From a virus (taxonomy: Duplodnaviria; Caudoviricetes), in the IMG/VR virus record IMGVR_UViG_3300036546_000221, positions 1 to 36,116 of that record: a stretch of 36,116 nt of DNA; one strand, given 5' to 3'. The notes under the pieces were generated by a model. The model had not been told where the DNA came from and did no database searches. It saw only the letters and a list, made by a program, of their open reading frames with translations. Shown here piece after piece: positions 18,849 to 27,713 of this stretch. The position numbers and the translations under genes were made by a program. Each line of letters starts with the position of its first letter. Within the stretch, counting starts at the first letter, position 1.

Positions 18849-19166
18849 ATGTATCGCGAGATTCCCGTTGACACCGACATTGAACAGTACGAAACGCTGA
18901 TGCGCGTATTGCGGCGCGCATATGCGCAGGCCAGCACGGGCAAGGGCCGGGAACGGCACGCCGCAGAGAACGAACCATTCAGTGAGCAGGTTATTTGCGA
19001 GGTTACACGCCGCCTCGGCACCGGCTACCCGCTGGGGCAGGCTGTCAAAAAAATATACGAATCGCAGCGGCTGGGCGGCCCGCGTGGCGTGCACGAACTG
19101 CTCGGGGCTATAAACTACATTGCCGCCGCCGTTATCGTTATGGAGGAATGTGCCGATGCTGAATAA
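18849..19166 (+). CDS. Phage protein, possibly all-alpha NTP pyrophosphatase-like
   Basis: QASTGKGRERHA...GQAVKKIYE...ELLGAINY; the fold assignment is tentative. Confidence 0.5.
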   Translation: MYREIPVDTDIEQYETLMRVLRRAYAQASTGKGRERHAAENEPFSEQVICEVTRRLGTGYPLGQAVKKIYESQRLGGPRGVHELLGAINYIAAAVIVMEECADAE

Positions 19167-19251
19167 AATTATCTGCCTGCTGCGCGGGCACCGTTGGGTG
19201 GCGTACAAGGGCCGCACGACCTGCCTGCGCTGCGGTAAAACTAACTACTAG
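19156..19251 (+). CDS. DUF1660-like small Cys/His protein (31 aa)
   Basis: MLNKIICLLRGHRW...CLRCGK; GGAGG upstream; absent from the ORF track. Confidence 0.6.
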   Translation: MLNKIICLLRGHRWVAYKGRTTCLRCGKTNY

Positions 19252-19262
19252 GGGGCTATACC

Positions 19263-20213
19263 ATGACAGCAATTAACATACGGACGGCAGAACGCGAGGG
19301 CGCGCGATTGGTTGTGGGTATTGCCGGTGTCAGCGGCAGCGGTAAAACATACACCGCCCTGCAGCTGGCCTACGGCATGGCAAACTACGATGCATCAAAA
19401 ATAGGTTTCCTCGATACCGAAAACCGACGCGGCAGCCTGTATGCCGACGCACTGCGCAACGGTGACGGCGAGGTGCAGCGTTTCATGATAGGCGACCTCT
19501 ATGCCCCGTTCAGCCCGGCGCGATACATTGATGCCATACAGGCGTTTCAGCAGGCGGGCGTTGAGGTGCTCATAATAGACAGCGTGACCCACGAATGGGA
19601 GGGGCCGGGCGGTTGTGATGACATAGCCCACGGCGGCAATGGAAAGATGGCAAACTGGAAACTGGCAAAAGCGCAGCACAAAAAATTCATGACAGCCATG
19701 CTCCAGTGCGACATGCACGTCATATGCTGCATACGTGCCCGCGAAAAAACCGATTTCAGCGACACGAAAAATCCCGTTAAGTTGGGCGTACAGCCGGTGC
19801 AGGAAAAAAACTTTATGTTTGAAATGACCGCATCGTTGCTCATGTGGGACGAGGGCAGGGCGCAACAGGTGTTGAAATGCCCCGCCGAACTGCGGCATAT
19901 ATTGGGGCGCGAAAACGGTTATATCACGCCTGCCGACGGTGCCGCCCTGCGGGCATGGGTTGACGGCGCAAAACAGCTCGACCCCAGCGTTGAACGGTAC
20001 CGCAACCGGCTGCAGAGCGTGACGGACAGGGGCGCCGAGTATGTTAAACAGTGCTGGCAGCAGACACCGGCCAACGTGCGCGGTGCACTTGGCGATGCAT
20101 TCCGCGACCAGCTGTTTGCAGCCGCAACGGCATACGATGAGCAGGCGGCGGCACACGGCGCCAGCACGGACGACATTAACGACAAAATACTCAAAGGGGG
20201 CGGAGATGTATAA
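19263..20213 (+). CDS. Sak4-like (AAA_24) single-strand annealing ATPase
   Basis: GVSGSGKT, LDTENRRG, IIDSVTHEW; next to the RecE-like nuclease. Confidence 0.85.
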   Translation: MTAINIRTAEREGARLVVGIAGVSGSGKTYTALQLAYGMANYDASKIGFLDTENRRGSLYADALRNGDGEVQRFMIGDLYAPFSPARYIDAIQAFQQAGVEVLIIDSVTHEWEGPGGCDDIAHGGNGKMANWKLAKAQHKKFMTAMLQCDMHVICCIRAREKTDFSDTKNPVKLGVQPVQEKNFMFEMTASLLMWDEGRAQQVLKCPAELRHILGRENGYITPADGAALRAWVDGAKQLDPSVERYRNRLQSVTDRGAEYVKQCWQQTPANVRGALGDAFRDQLFAAATAYDEQAAAHGASTDDINDKILKGGGDV

Positions 20214-20451
20214 TTTTAACGTGCGCTCCGGGCGGCCCGAGTGCCCGGTGTCAATGACGTTGTTATTGTTCATGGTTGCCGTACTTTTCCTGTGTGTGGT
20301 GAATATTGCGCATGGTAATTTTTTTCTTGCAGCAATGAATTTTTTCACATGCTCGGTTTCGGCGCAGCTTGCCCGCGATGCGCAAAAGGCGCATATTGCG
20401 GCAATCCATTTTCAGCGGATATTAGATGTGTCGGGGGTGCTCAATGTCTAA
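20206..20451 (+). CDS. Small membrane protein
   Basis: Two hydrophobic segments; overlaps both neighbouring genes. Confidence 0.5.
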   Translation: MYNFNVRSGRPECPVSMTLLLFMVAVLFLCVVNIAHGNFFLAAMNFFTCSVSAQLARDAQKAHIAAIHFQRILDVSGVLNV

Positions 20452-20695
20452 CCCCACACCCCAAGAGATACAGGACATATTGCACTATATCGGCGAGCAG
20501 GTGTGCCTCGCAATTGAAAAACACCCCAAATTTATTGCTGGCACGGCTACAGCGCCGACAATCCTACTCGAAGAGCTGGGCGAGGCGTGCCAAGCAATAA
20601 ACGATGGCGATATGCAGGACGCCGTTACCGAATTGCGGCAGGCGGCGTGCGTTATAGTCCGCTGGATACACAGCATCGAGCAAGGGGGCGTATAG
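20444..20695 (+). CDS. MazG-like nucleotide pyrophosphohydrolase
   Basis: ILLEELGEACQA...TELRQAACV (EExGE...ELxQ). Confidence 0.7.
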   Translation: MSNPTPQEIQDILHYIGEQVCLAIEKHPKFIAGTATAPTILLEELGEACQAINDGDMQDAVTELRQAACVIVRWIHSIEQGGV

Positions 20696-20697
20696 CC

Positions 20698-20889
20698 GTG
20701 TACCATATACCCACAAAGGCCACGGCGGTTTATACCGGCGGCGGCATGCGGCTGCAGGGGCGTATATATACCCGTGATAAATTTGGGGTTTATGTGGCGC
20801 TGGAGCCTAACGCGCACGACCTATACACGGTAGGGCCGGTGCCGTATGCCGTTTTCTTCGCTAGCGGTTCGGGTTGGAGTTTGCTATAA
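20698..20889 (+). CDS. Hypothetical protein
   Basis: GTG start after AAGGGGG; fills the gap up to the hairpin. Confidence 0.45.
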   Translation: MYHIPTKATAVYTGGGMRLQGRIYTRDKFGVYVALEPNAHDLYTVGPVPYAVFFASGSGWSLL

Positions 20890-20920
20890 AAAAAGCCCCG
20901 TGCACAATGGCACGGGGCTT
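20888..20920 (-). terminator. Intrinsic terminator
   Basis: 11-bp stem followed by a T run on the minus strand. Confidence 0.75.
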
Positions 20921-20952
20921 AGCGCGGAGCGCGGACAACGGAAGCAACACAC
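20888..20952 (-). ncRNA. Predicted small regulatory RNA 1 (~65 nt) complementary to the early-gene RBS motif
   Basis: Minus-strand TTGCGT-N17-TACAGT (20987-20959); no ORF; ends in the terminator AAGCCCCGTGC-loop-GCACGGGGCTTTTTTT. Confidence 0.55.
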
Positions 20953-20992
20953 AAGCAAACTGTATGCCAAAAAAAGAAAGGACGCAACACAA

Positions 20993-21388
20993 ATGTCGGA
21001 AAAAATCATACAGACACAAATTTTGAAGGCCCTTGGCGCGCGGCGTGATGTGCGCCTGTTCCGGCAGAACGTTGGTAATGGATTTATGGGGCGTGTTGTC
21101 GGGCAGGGTGACGGCATAGTCACGCTCGAGAACCCGCGCCGCGTTCAGTTTGGGTTGTGCCCTGGCAGTCCGGACCTCGTAGGCTGGCAGGCCGTCACTA
21201 TAACACCTGATATGGTTGGTAAAAAGTTTGCGGTTTTTACGGGCATAGAGGTCAAAGCACCGCGCGGGCGCGTGCGCAACGAACAGGAAAATTTCATCCG
21301 CGTTTTGCGCAGCTTTGGCGGCACGGCAGGTATAGCCCGCAGCGTTGCCGATGCCGAGTCGCTGCTCATCGGCGGGGGTCTGCGCTGA
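20993..21388 (+). CDS. VRR-NUC nuclease
   Basis: MSEKIIQTQI, FRQNVG, GSPDLVG, GIEVKA...EQENF. Confidence 0.9.
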   Translation: MSEKIIQTQILKALGARRDVRLFRQNVGNGFMGRVVGQGDGIVTLENPRRVQFGLCPGSPDLVGWQAVTITPDMVGKKFAVFTGIEVKAPRGRVRNEQENFIRVLRSFGGTAGIARSVADAESLLIGGGLR

Positions 21389-24039
21389 TGCAGCAGGTTA
21401 ATAAAATCGAATTTGAAAAAATAAAAGCGGCGGCGAACATCAACCCGTTGCCCATCGTTGAGCGGCTAGTCCCCGGCGGCACAATACGCGGCGCTGAATA
21501 CGTCGCACGTCTGCGCGCCGATGACCACGACCCCAGCTTTAAATTTAATTTGACCGATGGCGTATGGTCTGATTTTGGCGCAAACATCAGCGGCGATATT
21601 ATAGACCTGTACGCGCACGTGCACGGCTACGACAACACGGGCACGGCGGCGCTCGCGTTGGGCGATGAAATAAACGCCTTGCCGCCCGATGCCCGCAAGC
21701 CGCTGCAGGTTGACAGGCGCGACCGCTATACACACAGGCCGGTGCCCCAAAATCCGCCCGCGTTTAACCTGCAGCACTGGCAGCACGGTTTCCCCCGTCC
21801 CGAAAACGTATGGACGTACCGCGACGCAGACGGGCGCCCTATAGGCTATACATGCCGGTTCGACCTGCCCGGTGGAGGCAAAGATGTTTTTCCCGCAACT
21901 TGGTGTTATGACAGCGTGAAACGTATGGAGCGCTGGGCGTGGAAGGGTTTTTCCAACCCCCGCCCGCTGTATGGGCTGGATATAATAGCCGGTCTGGCAC
22001 AGCAATACCCCGTGCTGGTTGTTGAGGGCGAGAAAACATGCGAGGCCGCGCGCAGGCTGTTGCCTAGCGTGCCCTGTATAACGTGGCCCGGCGGAAGCAA
22101 GGCCGTTAAACATATTGATTTTTCACCGCTTGCTGGCCGCCGGGTATTTATATGGCCAGACGCCGACCCGCAGGGCGAAGAGGCAGCAAACGCCATTGCG
22201 GGCCGCCTCCGTAATGTGGCGGCTGAGGTGAAAACCGTTACCCCGCCCGTTGGTGTGGCTAAAGGATGGGATTTGGCCGACGCGCTGGCCGAGGGCTGGA
22301 CGTCGGAACAGACCATTGATTACCTGCGCACGCACACCGCAGCCGTTGACAGTACCGCCGCAGAGATTGCGGTACAGCGGCATGATGACAGGCGCGCAAC
22401 AGCAACATGCGTCGACCGTGGCGGCTGGCCGTTTACGCCGCTTGGCTACGACCACGGGACATATTTTTACCTGTCAACCCTGACGGGGCAGGTTGAAAAG
22501 ATAACCAGCACCGCGCACACGGGTGCAAACCTGCTGCGGCTGGCTGGTCTAGACTGGTGGGAGATGAACTACCCGGGCAAAACCGGCGCATCATGGACAC
22601 GGGCCGCCGATGCCTGCATGCAGGCGTGCCATGAGCGAGGCGTGTATGACCCCGACAGGGTGCGCGGGCGTGGCGCATGGGAGGATGACGGGCGCGTCGT
22701 CCTGCACCTCGGCGACCAATTGGTCGTTGACGGAGAGGGCTACTGTATTGCCGACATACCCGGCAGCAGGTATGTTTACGAAATGTCCCGCCCGTTGGGG
22801 CTGGAATGGGACAGCATCGTGCCGCTTGGGGCGGGCGAGGCCGTGCAATTAATGATGTTGTGTAATATGTTGTCGTGGGAAAAACCAGTTTATGGCATGT
22901 TGCTGGCCGGTTGGTGTGTGGTAGCGCCCGTATGCGGGGCGTTGTCGTGGCGTCCCCACATATGGGTGACGGGGCCGTCCGGTGCCGGTAAAAGCTGGAC
23001 ATATGACAACATATTGCGGCGCACGCTTGGGAAATTTGCCCTCGCCTGCCAGTCAAACAGCACCGAGGCAGGGCTGCGGCAGGCGCTGAAGGCAGACGCC
23101 ATGCCGATAATTTTTGACGAAGCCGAGGGCGAGGACCAGCAGGACAGGCGGCGGATACAAAACGTCCTCGAGTTGATGCGGCAGGCCAGCAGTGAAAACG
23201 GCGCGGCCATAATAAAGGGGAGCGCAAACGGCGAGGCCATGCAGTACCGCATCCGCAGCTGCTTTGCGTTTTCGAGCATAGGTGTGTCGGCAGTACAGAA
23301 AGCGGACGTAAGCCGCCTCGCTGTGCTGTCCCTGCGCAAATATGACGGGCCGGACAGGGCCGAACGGTTCCGCGATATACAGCGGTTCCATGCAGCGCTG
23401 TTTACGGGCGATTTCGTGCCCCGCCTCCACAAACGAACAATCGGGCTGGTGCCTACGCTGTTGCATAATGCCGATGTTTTTGCCGACGCCGCCGCGCTTG
23501 AGCTCGGCAGCCGCCGCTATGGTGACCAAGTGGGCGCGCTGCTGGCCGGTGCCTACAGCCTGCAAAGTGATGCGCGCGTAACACCCGCCGAGGCGGCGGA
23601 GTGGGTTGCGGGGCAGGAGTGGGGTGAAACGATGGACAGCGCCGACGACGACGACGAAAACCGTTGCATTGAGCTGGTTTTGCACAAACAGTTGCGCGTT
23701 GAAACACAGAGCGGGGTTGTTACCCGCACCGTTGCCGAGCTGGCACGCGTTGCGCTGAAAATGCGCTACGACACCGTGCAGGCGCTTGATGCTATAGTGG
23801 CAAACGATACGCTCGCACGGCACGGCGTATGCGTTGACGCCGATGGTTATATATGCATTAGCGACAGTCACCCCGCCATTGCCGACACGCTGCGCAACAG
23901 CGCATGGGCGCAGACATGGCCGCGCCTGCTGCGCCGTATAAATGGCGCAACACAGCGTGATGATGTTGATTTTGGCGGCAAGGCCGGAAGGGCAACCGCA
24001 ATACCCGCCGTCGAGCTTTTTTCTTGCAAAAGTGCTTGA
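21388..24039 (+). CDS. Primase-helicase (degenerate zinc-binding domain, TOPRIM, P-loop helicase)
   Basis: RPLYGL, VVEGEK, WPDAD, KGWDLAD; GPSGAGKS Walker A; IIFDEAE Walker B. Confidence 0.9.
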   Translation: MQQVNKIEFEKIKAAANINPLPIVERLVPGGTIRGAEYVARLRADDHDPSFKFNLTDGVWSDFGANISGDIIDLYAHVHGYDNTGTAALALGDEINALPPDARKPLQVDRRDRYTHRPVPQNPPAFNLQHWQHGFPRPENVWTYRDADGRPIGYTCRFDLPGGGKDVFPATWCYDSVKRMERWAWKGFSNPRPLYGLDIIAGLAQQYPVLVVEGEKTCEAARRLLPSVPCITWPGGSKAVKHIDFSPLAGRRVFIWPDADPQGEEAANAIAGRLRNVAAEVKTVTPPVGVAKGWDLADALAEGWTSEQTIDYLRTHTAAVDSTAAEIAVQRHDDRRATATCVDRGGWPFTPLGYDHGTYFYLSTLTGQVEKITSTAHTGANLLRLAGLDWWEMNYPGKTGASWTRAADACMQACHERGVYDPDRVRGRGAWEDDGRVVLHLGDQLVVDGEGYCIADIPGSRYVYEMSRPLGLEWDSIVPLGAGEAVQLMMLCNMLSWEKPVYGMLLAGWCVVAPVCGALSWRPHIWVTGPSGAGKSWTYDNILRRTLGKFALACQSNSTEAGLRQALKADAMPIIFDEAEGEDQQDRRRIQNVLELMRQASSENGAAIIKGSANGEAMQYRIRSCFAFSSIGVSAVQKADVSRLAVLSLRKYDGPDRAERFRDIQRFHAALFTGDFVPRLHKRTIGLVPTLLHNADVFADAAALELGSRRYGDQVGALLAGAYSLQSDARVTPAEAAEWVAGQEWGETMDSADDDDENRCIELVLHKQLRVETQSGVVTRTVAELARVALKMRYDTVQALDAIVANDTLARHGVCVDADGYICISDSHPAIADTLRNSAWAQTWPRLLRRINGATQRDDVDFGGKAGRATAIPAVELFSCKSA

Positions 24040-24124
24040 CGGCGGCAAGGCGATTTGCTACTTATTAAGCACGCAAGGCGGCGAGGGCCGCACGGAACAA
24101 TAAACACATGGAGCAGCACACATG
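24024..24124 (+). promoter_or_regulatory. Repeated promoter-leader module, copy B
   Basis: TTGCAAAAGTGCTTGACGG (19 bp identical to copy C); TTGACG-N17-TACTTA; GCGGC/GCCGC hairpin; GGAGCAGCACAC RBS. Confidence 0.7.
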
Positions 24125-24304
24125 GCATACGCAATTAAGAACAAGAAAACTGGGCTTTACTTCGCTGGGTTCAGTGGCGGCGAGGCCGTTTGGGACGACA
24201 CCCCATGCACATACGCCGACAGGCTGCACGCACAGACGCAAGCCGACGCGCTGCGCATGTTTGACAGGGGCGTACAGCGCAAGCCGGTGCGGGTGGTGCA
24301 GTAA
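24122..24304 (+). CDS. Hypothetical early protein
   Basis: Good RBS; first gene after promoter B. Confidence 0.65.
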   Translation: MAYAIKNKKTGLYFAGFSGGEAVWDDTPCTYADRLHAQTQADALRMFDRGVQRKPVRVVQ

Positions 24305-24395
24305 CACGACGGCGCCGCCAAACGGCGGCGCTGCTATCGAGGCCCGCGCGGTGCCAGCGTAGCAAAACCGCGCAAAACACACAGGAGCAACACAC

Positions 24396-24605
24396 ATGAA
24401 AACGACCGAACGCGTACACGTCTGTAAAAACTGCGAGTCTATCGTTGATGTTGACGATGCCAGCCGATGCTCGTTTTGCGGCACGCCTGCACTTGTTATG
24501 CCCCGCAACACGGCCAGTAGCATAATATGGAACGAAAACATCGAACGCATGATGCGCTGGTGCAAAGCCGGGCGCATCATGCCGGATGCGGAGGGCGGGA
24601 AATGA
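24396..24605 (+). CDS. Zinc-ribbon hypothetical protein
   Basis: CKNC...CSFC; AGGAG RBS. Confidence 0.6.
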   Translation: MKTTERVHVCKNCESIVDVDDASRCSFCGTPALVMPRNTASSIIWNENIERMMRWCKAGRIMPDAEGGK

Positions 24606-24862
24606 GCATATCGTGCGACTGCTACTACGACGGCGATAAATACGACGAGTACTATTATGTACCCGACAACTTTACAAAACTTGAAACCAAGAGGCGCAAG
24701 CGTTGCATTAGCTGTAAAGGGCTTATGAAGCATGGCGAAACCTGCGTCCGGTTTAACCGCGCACGGGCTGCACGCTGCGAATATGAAGAAAACAGGTTCG
24801 GCGAAGCGGTTCGGCTTGCGCCCGGAAAAGCCACAGGGAAACAACATGTCCCGCAAGCGTAA
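24602..24862 (+). CDS. Cys-containing hypothetical protein
   Basis: ATGA coupling; SCDC and RKRCISC motifs. Confidence 0.55.
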   Translation: MSISCDCYYDGDKYDEYYYVPDNFTKLETKRRKRCISCKGLMKHGETCVRFNRARAARCEYEENRFGEAVRLAPGKATGKQHVPQA

Positions 24863-25643
24863 AACCAGCTGTCCTGTATGCGGCGGGCCGAAGTTTGCGG
24901 GCAGCCCGTGCCGGTCGCGCGTATGCATAGCGCTGCGCAAGCTGCCGCCCACCGCTGTACGCGATTGGCGTATTATGGCCGTTCCATCATCGCTTGCGCT
25001 TATAATCGGCGCGGCGGTTGTTGAGCAGCACGTTGATGATGCCGCCCGCGCAGCAGCGCAACGCATAGTTAAATGGCATGACAAGGTGATGGCCGCCACA
25101 CGCGAGCAATTGCCCGTTACGATGGATTTTATCAACACGCAACGGCATTTTATAGAACGGCTGTTGGCAACGACGTGGGGTGAGGGCAAGCCCAGCCATA
25201 TTGTGCGGGTTGCCGATGCTACACAGCGGCTCATGTTGGACACGATAAGCCACCTCGAGGACAAGGGCATACCCACGGAGACAATAGCCCCGTGGCGGTG
25301 GCAGGAGTGCGCCCTGAACGCCCTCTTGCGCCTGTTTGACGCGGACGGCGAACAGATAGACGCGGCGGAAGAGGACTATTTCACGCTGTACGCCGCAATA
25401 TGGGGTGAACGTGAGCCGGTGCGCCCTGTTGTAAAACTGTACGAGCTTGGCGGGCGGTTCATCGTGGCGGCATACGGCAGGCAGGAGGCACGCGACATTA
25501 TCCGGCGTGAGTACGGGCTGGTACGGCTGGACGTTTCCGGTTGTGCAGGCGGCGCGAAAATCTACTACGGGAACGAGGAGATAACATATGGCGAACTCAA
25601 AACACGGCTTGCACACGGGGCCGTTATACCGATAGGGGGTTAA
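24846..25643 (+). CDS. Hypothetical protein with N-terminal Cys cluster
   Basis: CPVC..C....C; long ORF in operon order. Confidence 0.6.
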   Translation: MSRKRKTSCPVCGGPKFAGSPCRSRVCIALRKLPPTAVRDWRIMAVPSSLALIIGAAVVEQHVDDAARAAAQRIVKWHDKVMAATREQLPVTMDFINTQRHFIERLLATTWGEGKPSHIVRVADATQRLMLDTISHLEDKGIPTETIAPWRWQECALNALLRLFDADGEQIDAAEEDYFTLYAAIWGEREPVRPVVKLYELGGRFIVAAYGRQEARDIIRREYGLVRLDVSGCAGGAKIYYGNEEITYGELKTRLAHGAVIPIGG

Positions 25644-25644
25644 A

Positions 25645-25896
25645 ATGCTTTGCAAAGAATGCCCGGAACTGTTACCGTGCACAACGCCTGATGGCACTGA
25701 TTGCTACGGTGCAAAACTGTGGGGCGGCGGCGGGCGCGTTATGCCCGTGCGGCTCATAAGCCGCTGTAAATACCCCGAAAAAGCCAAGGAGGCGGCTATG
25801 CGCGGATACAAGCGCCGCAACATGCAGGCGGCGCAACCCAAGGGACAGCCTGTAAAACAGGCAAATCTCATTAACATGGGGGGCGGTTATGAGTGA
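25645..25896 (+). CDS. Hypothetical Cys-rich protein
   Basis: GGGGG RBS; tightly packed between neighbours. Confidence 0.55.
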   Translation: MLCKECPELLPCTTPDGTDCYGAKLWGGGGRVMPVRLISRCKYPEKAKEAAMRGYKRRNMQAAQPKGQPVKQANLINMGGGYE

Positions 25897-26464
25897 TAAT
25901 GTGCAGGAACACGTCCGGCAGGTTTACCGCTGCGCCCACGTACCCGATGTCGAGCTGATTATGCACATTGACCCACGGGGCAGGCGCAATCATGTGAGTA
26001 TTGAAATCGCCATAGGCGACTACATGAATAGCACGAGCGCCGACATTGTGCTGTCAAACGGCGATGCCGTAGACCTCGCACGGCGCATCCTCGCGCATTT
26101 CGGCGGCGAAAAACGGCTGAAACGTGTCTACCTCGCCGGGCCATACTCGCATACCGACCCCGAAGTGCGCGCCGCTAGGGCTGCGGCACTGAACCGCAAG
26201 GCGGCGTGGCTCATGATGCAGGGGTTGTGCGTTTTTTCGCCTATTACACACGGCGTAGCGCTGCTGGATTATTTCCCGTACAATGAGCGCGGCTGGGCGT
26301 TCTGGGGCGAGCAGGACAGGGCGCACCTGTTGGCATGCGATGAATTGCACGTTTTATGCCTCGACGGCTGGCGCGAATCGCGCGGCGTAACCGATGAAAT
26401 CCAATGGGCAACTGAGGCCGGTATGCCCGTAATATACCACGACTGCGAGGGACGCGATGAATAA
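25889..26464 (+). CDS. DUF1937 / nucleoside 2-deoxyribosyltransferase-like protein with N-terminal extension
   Basis: VYLAGPYSH, VFSPITH, LDGWRESRGVTDEIQWA. Confidence 0.8.
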   Translation: MSDNVQEHVRQVYRCAHVPDVELIMHIDPRGRRNHVSIEIAIGDYMNSTSADIVLSNGDAVDLARRILAHFGGEKRLKRVYLAGPYSHTDPEVRAARAAALNRKAAWLMMQGLCVFSPITHGVALLDYFPYNERGWAFWGEQDRAHLLACDELHVLCLDGWRESRGVTDEIQWATEAGMPVIYHDCEGRDE

Positions 26465-26969
26465 AGTTATTATTATTGGCAGGCTGGGCGCTGACGTCGA
26501 GCTGCGGTACACGCAGGCCGGTGCGCCGGTTGCTAATTTCAGCGTAGCGACCGACGAGAGCTATACCGACCAGCAGGGCAACAAGGTGGAAAAAACCGAG
26601 TGGCACCGCATAATCGTGTTCCAACGGCAGGCCGAAAACTGCGCGCAGTATATCGGCAAGGGTAGCCTCGTGTGCGTTGAGGGCAGCATCCAGACGCGCC
26701 AGTGGCAGGACCAGAACGGACAGCAGCGGTATACCACGGAAATCAAAGCCCAGCGCGTCCAGTTCCTCAGTACCCGCAGCGACGGCCAGCAACAGCAACC
26801 GCAGCAGGGCGCACAGCCGCAGCAGAACACCAGACAAGCACCGGCACAACAACGGCAGCAGGCACCGGCACCGGGTGGCGGGTTTAACGGCCCGGCAAAC
26901 AACACGGCGCCCGCCTTCCCGTCCGAAGTCGGCGGAATGGACGACGTGCCTTTTAGCTCAGAGGTTTAG
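26457..26969 (+). CDS. ssb: Single-stranded DNA-binding protein
   Basis: MNKVIIIGRLG, TEWHRI, GKGSLVCVEG, Gln-rich linker, DDVPF. Confidence 0.97.
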   Translation: MNKVIIIGRLGADVELRYTQAGAPVANFSVATDESYTDQQGNKVEKTEWHRIIVFQRQAENCAQYIGKGSLVCVEGSIQTRQWQDQNGQQRYTTEIKAQRVQFLSTRSDGQQQQPQQGAQPQQNTRQAPAQQRQQAPAPGGGFNGPANNTAPAFPSEVGGMDDVPFSSEV

Positions 26970-26996
26970 GAAAACCTCTATAAAAACCTACTAGAC

Positions 26997-27039
26997 ACCA
27001 AACCCCTTTTAAAGCAATATGCCTTAAAAGGGGTTTGGT
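26997..27039 (+). promoter_or_regulatory. RBS-sequestering hairpin of the HNH gene
   Basis: Perfect 16-bp inverted repeat ACCAAACCCCTTTTAA / TTAAAAGGGGTTTGGT ending at the base before ATG 27040. Confidence 0.75.
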
Positions 27040-27441
27040 ATGAAAGAAAAGTGTTGTTTTAAGTGTGGCTTGGTTAAGCCGCTTACAGAGTTTTACAAGC
27101 ACCCAAAGATGGCAGACGGACATGTAAACAAATGCAAAGAGTGCAACAAGAGGGATGTCCGCAAAAACAGGCGCGATAAAGTTGAGTACTATCGAGAATA
27201 TGACAGGGAGAGGGGCAACAGGCAAGGGGTGGACGTTGTGCGCAAATACAGGGCAAAGAACCAAGCAAAGTATCGTGCTCACTGTAAACTGAACAATGCT
27301 TTGCGTTATGGGAAAATACAAAAACAGCCATGCGAAATATGCGGAAGCACAGAAAACCTTGAAGCTCACCATGAAGACTACTCGCGGCCTCTGGATGTCA
27401 TTTGGCTTTGCTCGGCCCACCATTCATGGTTACATGGATAA
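27040..27441 (+). CDS. Free-standing HNH-type endonuclease (AT-rich, probably mobile)
   Basis: CFKC...CKEC; CEICG...HHEDYSRPLDVIWLCSAHHSWLH; visibly lower GC than flanks. Confidence 0.8.
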   Translation: MKEKCCFKCGLVKPLTEFYKHPKMADGHVNKCKECNKRDVRKNRRDKVEYYREYDRERGNRQGVDVVRKYRAKNQAKYRAHCKLNNALRYGKIQKQPCEICGSTENLEAHHEDYSRPLDVIWLCSAHHSWLHG

Positions 27442-27491
27442 TAAATAACAACCGGAGCGTACACAATGCACAACAGGCGGCAGGGATAGAC

Positions 27492-27713
27492 GTGTTGCGG
27501 CCAGAACAGCGGCGGGCGCTGTTTGCCATGTTGCCGCGTGTAGGCTGCCCACGTGCGCCACGTTGTGCACGCATCGCATGGCTGAACGGGTGGCGCTTTG
27601 CAAACGCCATGCCGCCGGTCGCAAGCATGAACGATTTTACACCACAAGAGGTCGCGCTATTACAGCGCGAAATATACTTGACAACCCACAGCGGAGGACA
27701 ACATGACTATTAG
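27492..27713 (+). CDS. Hypothetical protein
   Basis: In-frame GTG after CAGGGA; start uncertain. Confidence 0.35.
   Translation: MLRPEQRRALFAMLPRVGCPRAPRCARIAWLNGWRFANAMPPVASMNDFTPQEVALLQREIYLTTHSGGQHDY

Noticed and set aside
24602-24862. Possible truncated pseudogene (unpaired Cys motif)
   Set aside because: Cannot be shown without a homologue alignment
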